The notes under the pieces were generated by a model. It made no database searches. It was given only the letters and a program-made list of their open reading frames with translations, and was not told the DNA's origin. A stretch of DNA of 64,000 bases from positions 5,978 to 69,977 of the forward strand of contig JAGYLS010000001.1 of the NCBI GenBank assembly GCA_018400815.1, read 5' to 3'. Source of the stretch: Candidatus Oleincola secundus (lineage in GTDB: Bacteria > Atribacterota > Phoenicimicrobiia > Phoenicimicrobiales > Stramentimicrobiaceae). Shown here in pieces: positions 12,001 to 19,547 of this stretch (the stretch's first letter is position 1; the number at the start of each line of letters is the position of its first letter). The translations under genes were made by a program, and so were the position numbers.

Positions 12001-13057
12001 GACTTTGATAAGTTGCACCAGCATCTTTATCTATCCAAATTTCATCATCTTCATAATTCAACCCTAATAAAGATAGTTTAGATTGAAATTTAGACATAGT
12101 ATATATCCCTGAAAATCTAGCATATCCTGACACTATAGAGTCATAATCTTCATTAAATAAAACTTGTCCTGAATCATTAATGGTAATAGTTCTATCAGAA
12201 GGTATATTGTAAATACCAACTGTTCTAGCTTCATGTGATTCACCTGTAGAAAATAAAGCTACTAATTTAAATCTATTAAAAGTAGAATCTAAATTTTCTA
12301 TTTTTAATGAAACAGTTTTATTAGATACTTGAGCATACTCATTATTTAAATATACACCACTTCTTCTAGTAGCCCCTGTAGAACTTACATCTATTCTTTC
12401 ATCTTTTACATCTCCTATTAAAATAGGTTCTGATTTAAGACTAGGATTTATAAAATCATAAGAATTTATTTCATATTGAATACAATATTGATAAGTTCCA
12501 CATTTTAATTGGCCTCCCTCTATAACATCTTCTAATCCAAAAAAAGGAGTTTCAAATTCAGGCTGAAGATACATTAATTCTAATGTTCTTTCTAATGTAC
12601 TATTAGTTTTAGGTAGTATTTCTTTAGCAGCATTAGTATCAAAAGGTAAAGAAGTAAGATTTAATATAAAAGGTTTACCTTTATTAACATAATCAAAAAA
12701 TGATATTATAACATCTTTTTTATAATTATAAGTATAAGTACCTGTTATTTTAGTAGTATAATTAATATTTAAATAATCACTGCTGTTTGTCTTACATTTT
12801 GTATTAAGACTAGTTCCATCATAAGTATGTATGCTAAAATAATCATTTTGATCTAATGTAAATAATATAACATAATCATCTAATTCAATATTTCCTATTA
12901 TTCTTGCATCTTCAAATAAATATTTATTAGTAAAACCTTTATGATTAGTAATACCTTTACCCGGTTGTCTAATTACATTTTTGGCATCAATCCAAGAACC
13001 TGTTGGCAGATTTATATGTTCTAAGTCTAAATTAAGACCTTTGTTAATTTCGATCAT
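9071..13057 (-). CDS. Very large tail or baseplate-associated protein, 1328 aa.
   Basis: Complete ORF. Asn-, Tyr- and Thr-rich composition is typical of tail or receptor-binding proteins. No RNAP DxDGD motif. Confidence 0.55.
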   Translation of the reverse strand: MIEINKGLNLDLEHINLPTGSWIDAKNVIRQPGKGITNHKGFTNKYLFEDARIIGNIELDDYVILFTLDQNDYFSIHTYDGTSLNTKCKTNSSDYLNINYTTKITGTYTYNYKKDVIISFFDYVNKGKPFILNLTSLPFDTNAAKEILPKTNSTLERTLELMYLQPEFETPFFGLEDVIEGGQLKCGTYQYCIQYEINSYDFINPSLKSEPILIGDVKDERIDVSSTGATRRSGVYLNNEYAQVSNKTVSLKIENLDSTFNRFKLVALFSTGESHEARTVGIYNIPSDRTITINDSGQVLFNEDYDSIVSGYARFSGIYTMSKFQSKLSLLGLNYEDDEIWIDKDAGATYQSLANDIKIILHVDQIPSSENDNGIYISKNSKHSFKNMSFCPGEVYALYIAFGKGDKISKGYHIPGRVAEDLTFDEVEINEKDIITETLVNSWHTTSVEANDELQFDIHELEVIDSPKWFQIRDYAPSGKTAYHENEDEQYPNNINFNSNYPDTPPVNSLANTNIRHHKIPGYDHICKMGLDTNLNYRISLNFDYTTITLPQSVKDKYDTVYLLYADRTSSESRVLGMSPMFSDRVIYNAKDYNDNTDLKDNDKSIRFFDNSLNLINPHISPTFVKAEFILENVNEPYPAPNNYFLEIPMDFINKSDLLTIGDVDPDNNTRIRVLDNYIYLPEGDSSKTPKNINERNVDDALVIDNREKSVALLLNSVDDTLLESTKVDSSMGTYIIHHNSKFTFSTKLLRLYADSAKTKYNSIHLGTLLSLKPSYYINFNNKNLIRANCLSFTNSRNGVLLSEIESGTPLTDKRFLGDSYFNNEYAKTKITYYTGVDFVEYGEYIVTSFSFCFPNYSKVNSCYAKNNAGNRDNPQLEYNPVFSLRNGIDHFTPSNLELKNVTEINTRFTRSAVLGTEAKELGWRKFNLLEYFDFPSDAGTATYLFGGDRTILFGFNKDIYIAEVKETLDTGGGQTLALRTNNLFDTSPIRIQDTFERSVHIQNRDNIFITKYGFVFYDDINEIIYLFDTKSAPFPISKLGMNNYLKSLDINAVVGRYDEETDHIFFTIWGNEISSWSYYLTEKQLVSTYDFNLNNYFNIKEQTYGYKNISDDTQIVKFNNDTNYGKYFDTTYTSYIDIVFADNVTLSKVLESIVWNNEIALGNQKYWDKHIKNLIIYNDYTCAVNGEFDKYIKYINGNYHLNRIKDQKYNRNDILLLSDNSINPNIVAEYPIPDGNELPLNRKYYVLFGSVDHDGNTYSTGDIFIPVNDAPVTFVDLNSIIYSVKNKFEKSNIICKFAILRFILNDASTPNYKVILNDIIVNYTKSI

Positions 13058-13059
13058 AA

Positions 13060-13710
13060 TTATAATATCATAGTATTAACCATAGAATGTATTTCTTTCA
13101 TAACTAGTTTATCAAAAGACATATCATTTCTAGCCATAGCTGTGTATTTATCAAATTGATAATTAGGATTTAAATCTGGTAGATTAGGATTAAAACTTAA
13201 AGGTTTAATTTCTAATCCTTGAAGCATTATTCTTTTCAATATATACCAAGAGATGGCTTCTTTTAATAAATCATTATTAATTATAATAGGAAACTCTATA
13301 CCTAACTTAGTATCGAGTTCTGTTTTTAATTTCCTATAGGTCATAATCAAAGGAGTATCATCTTGAACTATATCTGTATGTATATACCCATTATGGATTT
13401 TTAATTGTATGTTTGAATTATATTCATTATTAACATTAAAGTTAGGATTATAATTAGGATGATCTATTCTTAATTTATATCCTTTATACTTTATATATTC
13501 TATTTCTTTAATAGAACAAGGTAACTTAGTGTTACCTTCTGTCAATGTTAATTCTTCATCTTCAATTAAATTCCAAACTAAGGGACATCTTATTTCAGAT
13601 AAAGCCTTTTCAATCCACATTGGAGATAAATTAATCCAACCTCTGTGAGGAATATTATAACTAGATAATAAATAAGCTATTATCTCTTTAGAATTAATTA
13701 AATTTTCCAT
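13060..13710 (-). CDS. Hypothetical structural protein, 216 aa.
   Basis: ORF in an operon-like array with 3-12 nt spacers. Confidence 0.5.
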   Translation of the reverse strand: MENLINSKEIIAYLLSSYNIPHRGWINLSPMWIEKALSEIRCPLVWNLIEDEELTLTEGNTKLPCSIKEIEYIKYKGYKLRIDHPNYNPNFNVNNEYNSNIQLKIHNGYIHTDIVQDDTPLIMTYRKLKTELDTKLGIEFPIIINNDLLKEAISWYILKRIMLQGLEIKPLSFNPNLPDLNPNYQFDKYTAMARNDMSFDKLVMKEIHSMVNTMIL

Positions 13711-13721
13711 TATAGGTAGTA

Positions 13722-14597
13722 TTAAACATTTTTACTATAATTAATAACATGCAAAGGATCAAATATTATAAGCCATAATAGTTTTTGAGAACTACCGATG
13801 TAATCACAATTTAATATATCTTCTTTAGTAGTACATTTTTCTATAAATTTATCTCTTGACTTTTCACCAACATATAGTTTATTTCCTTTTTCTATTCTTT
13901 GGACATTATTAAAAGAAGTTGGAACAAAAGTAAAATATTTCCTATTGGGTAATTTACAAAAATAAATATGCCAATTCCACCAATAGTCATAGGTATTATC
14001 ATAATAAACTATATATTTATGTCCTGTTGTATTATCTTTAGAATATAATTCTTTACCAGATTCCAGTAATTCTTTTTTTAATTTAGTTGTTGAATCCCAA
14101 TCTATTTGAGAATTAGTTCTTTTGTTTTCTTCTAATATCTTTCTTTCTCTAATGAAAATACTAGATAGTTTATAACCAAAAGAATAAGTACCATACATTA
14201 AAGTATATTTAGTTATCTCATGGTTTATAGTATTTATTGTTTTAGCATATCTTTTTGAAGATTTAACTTTATATAATACAGTAGAATAGAAACTTAATTC
14301 TTTTAAATTATTTTCATATTGTTTTAATGGTTTTATATATTCCTTTAATAAATAAAATAGTTTTCTTTGAGAATCACTAATAAACTTATTAGGTTTTAAA
14401 ATATATAAATCTTTAACTTTTTCAGAAGATAATTTAATAAATTTGGTATGATCTATTTTAAGTAAAACTAAATAATTAGTTAATTCTTTAACTATTAAAT
14501 TTATCTTATTTAATAACTCTATATTATCTTCTTGTATCTTATTAAGTTTTGCTTCTAAATATTGGATAGTAAATTGGTGTTGATCTGATATTGTCAT
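13722..14597 (-). CDS. Hypothetical protein, 291 aa.
   Basis: ORF in the same array. Confidence 0.5.
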   Translation of the reverse strand: MTISDQHQFTIQYLEAKLNKIQEDNIELLNKINLIVKELTNYLVLLKIDHTKFIKLSSEKVKDLYILKPNKFISDSQRKLFYLLKEYIKPLKQYENNLKELSFYSTVLYKVKSSKRYAKTINTINHEITKYTLMYGTYSFGYKLSSIFIRERKILEENKRTNSQIDWDSTTKLKKELLESGKELYSKDNTTGHKYIVYYDNTYDYWWNWHIYFCKLPNRKYFTFVPTSFNNVQRIEKGNKLYVGEKSRDKFIEKCTTKEDILNCDYIGSSQKLLWLIIFDPLHVINYSKNV

Positions 14598-14599
14598 AA

Positions 14600-15256
14600 T
14601 TAATTCTCTGCTTGTTTAGATGATATAAATTGTTCAGATAGTAATTTAGTGTTTATTCTATTTATTATGTCTATGGGTATGTCTAATTCAATATTGGTTT
14701 TCTGTTTAACTGTTATTTCTTGTGGTTTAGATAATAAGGATGTATATTTTTTATCTGTTGTGTATTCATATACTGTAGTTAAATCAGCAAATACAGATGT
14801 TATTTTTGTTTTGTTAATAGGAACAATACTAAATACATAAATTAATTCATTTTGATAAGCATATCTAATTCCTCCAGATACTAAAGGTAGATATTCAACA
14901 AAGTTTAATTCTTCAAAAGAACAAGGTATAAATGATACAGTTCCATCTTCAGAACCAACAAAAGTAAATATCTTTAAAGAATTATTTGTTCTTATTGGTT
15001 GCTTAATCTTAAATCTACTAACATATAATGATATTTTACTTGTTTTCTCTAAAGGCGAGTTTAGTACCCTTTCTAAAGGCATAAAAATAGATGATAATAA
15101 AGAATTACTATATCCATTTTTATCTATTGTTTGTTTAATTAAAGTAGCATATTCTTGTTGTATTAAATCTTTCAATGTAGATTTAAACAATAAATCATTT
15201 GATTTACCAACATTGTTAGCTATTTGATCTGCCCATTTGTCTAAAGTAATTATCAT
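14600..15256 (-). CDS. Hypothetical protein, 218 aa.
   Basis: ORF in the same array. Confidence 0.5.
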   Translation of the reverse strand: MIITLDKWADQIANNVGKSNDLLFKSTLKDLIQQEYATLIKQTIDKNGYSNSLLSSIFMPLERVLNSPLEKTSKISLYVSRFKIKQPIRTNNSLKIFTFVGSEDGTVSFIPCSFEELNFVEYLPLVSGGIRYAYQNELIYVFSIVPINKTKITSVFADLTTVYEYTTDKKYTSLLSKPQEITVKQKTNIELDIPIDIINRINTKLLSEQFISSKQAEN

Positions 15257-15310
15257 AATTATTATATTAAAAAGTAGGCTTTAAATTAATAAAGCCTACT
15301 ATTATTAAAT

Positions 15311-15583
15311 TTATTTTTTATTTAGAAAAATCAATTTAAATATTTCTCCAACTAAATCTGCTGCTTCATCTATCATTCCTGCTTTATTAGCAACAACAAA
15401 CTCTTGGGCTAATTGTAGAAACTCATTGTAAATGGCAATATTAAAATCCTTTAATGCTTTACCACCTTCTTTAATAATTAGACTAATGGCAATATCTGTA
15501 CCCCATTCTAACCATATTTTTTTAGGTTCAATTAGTTTATCTAATTCATCAATTAATTCTTTTAATACTTGTTCTTCATCCAT
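15311..15583 (-). CDS. Small hypothetical protein, 90 aa.
   Basis: ORF immediately upstream of the holin-like gene. Confidence 0.4.
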   Translation of the reverse strand: MDEEQVLKELIDELDKLIEPKKIWLEWGTDIAISLIIKEGGKALKDFNIAIYNEFLQLAQEFVVANKAGMIDEAADLVGEIFKLIFLNKK

Positions 15584-15591
15584 AATATTTA

Positions 15592-16029
15592 TTATTTAGT
15601 TAAGTTTTTAATTTTAGAAGTTAATCCTCTTTTATCAATAGTTCTCATTCCTGAATATCCAAGATAACCAGCCCCAAATAACCAATACAAATCACTTGGT
15701 ATTGCTGACCAAAAGCCTGTTAATCCTTCTGTAAATGCTAATGCTGCTTCTTGATTGAATGTTCCTACTATTGCTACAGGTATAGCCATCAATATTATAA
15801 TGTAAAATACATACATAAATGAAGGTCTTGCTCTTGAAGTCCACGGATCAGCACTTTTGGCTTCTGTTTTAATTACATCTAATGTTGCTTTCAATTCTTC
15901 AAGTTCACCTTTTCCTTCCATTTCCATCAACTTCATTTTAGCTTCATTCTTAGCTTGTTCTGAAGGAAAGTAATCACTGATTTTATCAATCAATTTTGTA
16001 CCTATATTGAATATTTCTCCTACCATCAT
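15592..16029 (-). CDS. Putative holin. Membrane protein with an N-terminal coiled segment and two predicted TM helices.
   Basis: Hydrophobic stretches SFMYVFYIIILMAIPVAIVGTF and WLFGAGYLGYSGM. Its start codon overlaps the endolysin stop (ATGA). Confidence 0.5.
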   Translation of the reverse strand: MMVGEIFNIGTKLIDKISDYFPSEQAKNEAKMKLMEMEGKGELEELKATLDVIKTEAKSADPWTSRARPSFMYVFYIIILMAIPVAIVGTFNQEAALAFTEGLTGFWSAIPSDLYWLFGAGYLGYSGMRTIDKRGLTSKIKNLTK

Positions 16030-16493
16030 TAATCAATTATGAAAAAATGTACAGCATCAAATAGTTTCTGGTCTTTTAAGTCCCAATCCCCATCCCAATC
16101 TATTCCACAACCTATTCTGTGTTCAATAACTCCTTGCCTATGTAACATCTCTGCTATTCCAATAACATATCCAGCAAAATAGATTATCTTATTTGTATCA
16201 GAATACATTTCAGGATAAGGAACTACATCAACTGCTTTAGATGGAAAATGATTATGATCTGATTTAACATCATGTCCATCACAGTTAGTAACCACTTTGG
16301 ATTTATCTGCAACTTCCCAATACCCATTGACTTTTGTTCTGCCTTTTTTCCAAAGATCAAATTGTTCATCTGGTGTCCTATGACCAAATACAACTGAACA
16401 ATCTACAAACTCTATTATAAAATTGAATAGAGTTTGCAGATCATCATGTGCAGTTGATAATGCTCTTTTACTATTTACAGAGTAAGCAGGCAT
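16029..16493 (-). CDS. Endolysin of the peptidase M15 family (L-Ala-D-Glu peptidase / VanY-like zinc peptidase).
   Basis: Zinc-ligand motifs HRTPDEQ (H-x3-D), SDHNHFPSKAVDVVP (SxHxxGxAxD-like) and a C-terminal D-x-x-H (DAVHFF). Confidence 0.7.
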   Translation of the reverse strand: MPAYSVNSKRALSTAHDDLQTLFNFIIEFVDCSVVFGHRTPDEQFDLWKKGRTKVNGYWEVADKSKVVTNCDGHDVKSDHNHFPSKAVDVVPYPEMYSDTNKIIYFAGYVIGIAEMLHRQGVIEHRIGCGIDWDGDWDLKDQKLFDAVHFFIID

Positions 16494-18127
16494 TAAAGGT
16501 TATATGTTTTGTTAATATTATGGTAATTACCACCAACATTAACATTTTTTATTTCTACAGTATCCCAATCTGATGTTTTTAATGATCTAGATTCACCATC
16601 TTGTTTAACTACTTGTCTATTAGTTGTACCACTTCCATTTTTCTCAAATTTAAGTTTTACATCAAGAGTATCTTTTGTTTTATTTTGAATAAAAACATAA
16701 TTTCCAAGTGTTAAATGAGGTTTTATTAATAATTTAAAAAATGCATTATCATCCAACACTAATTCAGTAACTTTTTCGATTGGATCAAATTTAACAGTTA
16801 CTTTGTGAGAGCCAACGTTATAGTTAAATTCATAATCGTGAAACTTCTCTGGATTAGAGAGATAATAGGCACTGATTATAAAGCTATGTACTTCATTTCT
16901 AAGTGCTAACATTTTCCCAGCAACTCCCGTAGTCCTTGATTCTCCATAAGAGCAATTAACCCTGCAAACAATCCTTTGATCTTTCTTGTTGACATAATGA
17001 TATTTACCATTTTCTTTAAAAAATGCAACATTTTCATCATCATAAATTGTAGTTTCAGGAATATCAACTTCTGGTAATTCGGGTATATCTTCCTCAAAAG
17101 GTTTAGCACCTTCAAATGTAATAGTTGTTCCTTCAACAGAACTTGGTTCATACCTCTTATCTGCTTTAACATAATAGGTTGTAAATTTCCAAGTGCCCCC
17201 CGCATCAAGAAAATAATCAAGTGTGTGTAATACTTTTGATCCTCTTATAGAAGCACTCTTACCATGTGCAGACGATCTGTTGTCAACTATCTCGCCATTT
17301 TTGTCAAGCCGTTTAATTATGAAATAAACTGGTGATGTCTTATTTTCTGCATAAACTGTGTTGTTAGCAACATAAAACACCATGTAATCATCTTCATAAA
17401 TCACATTTTCCCATTGCTTTTGATTTACGGCCATAATTGCCTCATCTTCAATAAGTTCCCCTGTAAATGCATCAGTACCTGTTGCTTTCAATATTACCTC
17501 TGTGTCATTTCCCGAAACAGCGTAACATCTTGTGTAAGGCTTACCATCCCTCCACATTGACCTTGAATATTGGATAAGCTCGCCTTCACCTTTAACAACT
17601 TCGATTTTTGGATTAGCAATATTTTTAGCTGAAAAACCAATCATTACAGGACTTGTATCACCTTCGTTAAAAGTATCGGGTAAACTTACCATAAGTTCAA
17701 CTTCTGCCAGTTCAGGATCATAAATCAAATCAGTGATTTCCTCGCCAATTTCAATGTTATTCATCCAATATATCTGCAACCCCTGATAAATCATATCTTC
17801 AACAGGATCCTTCACCATATTAACGATTTCCTCACTTAGCATTTTTTTGTAAGTCCCATCTGGAAAATAAATACCAGTTTCAATTTCTTCATTATAATCA
17901 AAACCTTCATCCCCCTCTTGCATTGTATCTTCTGATTTTCCTACTATCCATGCATACCATTTTCCGTTCTCAAATTTAAACGGTACTGACCCATACACTC
18001 TCTTAGTGATTGGAGAATACATAAATCCCCAACATCCTGCCAGGTTTATGTCTTTTAGCTCTGCATATACAAAAGTGGGCAATCCTGCTCCGCCTTTGGG
18101 ATTTAATAAAATTTTTGTTGGTTCCAT
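16493..18127 (-). CDS. Hypothetical virion protein, 544 aa. Compositionally chimeric: the N-terminal two thirds are GC-elevated.
   Basis: Complete ORF. GC shifts from about 30% (16493-16900) to about 40% (16900-18127). Confidence 0.5.
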   Translation of the reverse strand: MEPTKILLNPKGGAGLPTFVYAELKDINLAGCWGFMYSPITKRVYGSVPFKFENGKWYAWIVGKSEDTMQEGDEGFDYNEEIETGIYFPDGTYKKMLSEEIVNMVKDPVEDMIYQGLQIYWMNNIEIGEEITDLIYDPELAEVELMVSLPDTFNEGDTSPVMIGFSAKNIANPKIEVVKGEGELIQYSRSMWRDGKPYTRCYAVSGNDTEVILKATGTDAFTGELIEDEAIMAVNQKQWENVIYEDDYMVFYVANNTVYAENKTSPVYFIIKRLDKNGEIVDNRSSAHGKSASIRGSKVLHTLDYFLDAGGTWKFTTYYVKADKRYEPSSVEGTTITFEGAKPFEEDIPELPEVDIPETTIYDDENVAFFKENGKYHYVNKKDQRIVCRVNCSYGESRTTGVAGKMLALRNEVHSFIISAYYLSNPEKFHDYEFNYNVGSHKVTVKFDPIEKVTELVLDDNAFFKLLIKPHLTLGNYVFIQNKTKDTLDVKLKFEKNGSGTTNRQVVKQDGESRSLKTSDWDTVEIKNVNVGGNYHNINKTYNL

Positions 18128-18258
18128 AATTTGTTAATTTTAAATGAATGTTTTAATAATGTAGCCTAAAGCCACAAGCAGTATTCCTATAATTATCAGA
18201 TAAAGGAATAGTGCTGTTTTGTATTTCTTTAATTTTATATTTTTTAAAAGGTCTCTCA

Positions 18259-18648
18259 TTAAATATTATCTGTTGGGTGATTCCTCAAATGAGCATTTTC
18301 AAGATTATGGAATTTAGATTCAATCTTGTTAACCCTCGCTTCAAGTCTATCTACACAGGTTTCAAGTTTCATTATTTTGGTTTCAACAAATTGAATTTTC
18401 ATTGTAACATTACTATCTAATTCCTGAACAGCACTCCTTGTCAACTGATTATCAAGTTTAACATCAGCTATTTGACTTTTTACATCATCAAGTAGTTTCT
18501 TTATGTCATTTAAAGTAGATTGTAAAGAAGTTATCCAATTCTTTCCTCCCCAAAAAATAAATGTTATAGTTCCACCTATTAGTGCAACTGCCAGTATTCC
18601 CACAAACCATTCAGTCATATTATTTAGTATTTTTAGTAATTCATCCAT
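18259..18648 (-). CDS. Membrane-anchored coiled-coil protein, 129 aa. Has i-spanin-like topology, possibly a type II membrane protein.
   Basis: N-terminal TM WFVGILAVALIGGTITFIFW followed by heptad-rich coiled coil. Confidence 0.4.
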   Translation of the reverse strand: MDELLKILNNMTEWFVGILAVALIGGTITFIFWGGKNWITSLQSTLNDIKKLLDDVKSQIADVKLDNQLTRSAVQELDSNVTMKIQFVETKIMKLETCVDRLEARVNKIESKFHNLENAHLRNHPTDNI

Positions 18649-18683
18649 CGGATTAAACTTTAAATTCCTTATTTTACTTTATT

Positions 18684-19463
18684 TTAAACCACTTCCCATC
18701 CTTGTGGATATGCTGTTGGTGACCAAACATTTGCATCAATCAAAGACCGATAATGAGTTCCTTCAAACATTACTTCATCTCCTGTATTGTAAGCATCATG
18801 CGCACCTGCTGGTTGTGTCCACTCTGGAATAACACCAGGAGGAGCTATTTCAACAAATAATGAAACTGCCACTAAAGGATTCCAATCATTTTGCGAAGTG
18901 TGAGATTGAATTACTTTATATAATTTGCCATCATGCACAACTTTATCATCAATTTCATAAGAAACACCATTTCCACGCCATTGTGAAAATAACATCTTAA
19001 TATCTTCGATGTCTTGTTCAGTTAAATTATCTTCATCAGCAATGATAGGTTCAGCTATTTTTCTTAATAGCCTTTTGGCTGCTTTATCATTGAATTGATT
19101 ATCTTCGATTTGTAATTTCAATTCTTCGTAATCTTCTGTTGATAATTCATCAACCATTGCCTTAGCATAGTTCGCAAAATTGTTATATTCAATAAAAGAA
19201 TCAATATCCTCATTTGCTTGCTTTTTGCGCACAATAGCAGCTTCCTGATCGGCTGTGTATCGGGTGCGGATGATTGCTGTTATAATTGTGCCTCTGTTAA
19301 TGTCAGGAACATTCACATATTGATAATTAAAACTTGCGGGCGTTTCCTCTGTTGCTTCAATTTCTGTAAAATCATACCTGAACTGATACGTTTTATCGGT
19401 AAGAAGTTGTGTTTCGGTTGTCGGTAAGGCTTCATTGCCTTGTTTTGTTCTGTTGCCTTTCAT
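18684..19463 (-). CDS. Protein with two tandem C-terminal CBM5/12 (chitin-binding type 3) carbohydrate-binding modules. Possibly a tail-fibre accessory or adhesin.
   Basis: DGKLYKVIQSHTSQNDWNPLVAVSLFVEI and AYNTGDEVMFEGTHYRSLIDANVWSPTAYPQGWEV match the CBM5/12 consensus (AY..G..V.Y.G..Y.C.Q.HTS..W.P...W). The gene is GC-elevated. Confidence 0.6.
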   Translation of the reverse strand: MKGNRTKQGNEALPTTETQLLTDKTYQFRYDFTEIEATEETPASFNYQYVNVPDINRGTIITAIIRTRYTADQEAAIVRKKQANEDIDSFIEYNNFANYAKAMVDELSTEDYEELKLQIEDNQFNDKAAKRLLRKIAEPIIADEDNLTEQDIEDIKMLFSQWRGNGVSYEIDDKVVHDGKLYKVIQSHTSQNDWNPLVAVSLFVEIAPPGVIPEWTQPAGAHDAYNTGDEVMFEGTHYRSLIDANVWSPTAYPQGWEVV

Positions 19464-19547
19464 GTTATTATTATTATGTCGTTATTATTAATGATTTTGC
19501 GAGCATAGCGAAGCAATCTTATGTTGTTTTTATACTTCATACTATGT

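Noticed and set aside
1-13057. crAss-like virion RNA polymerase among the giant proteins.
   Set aside because: No DxDGD or other RNAP catalytic motif was found in the 840, 786 or 1328 aa proteins or in the truncated >1388 aa protein.
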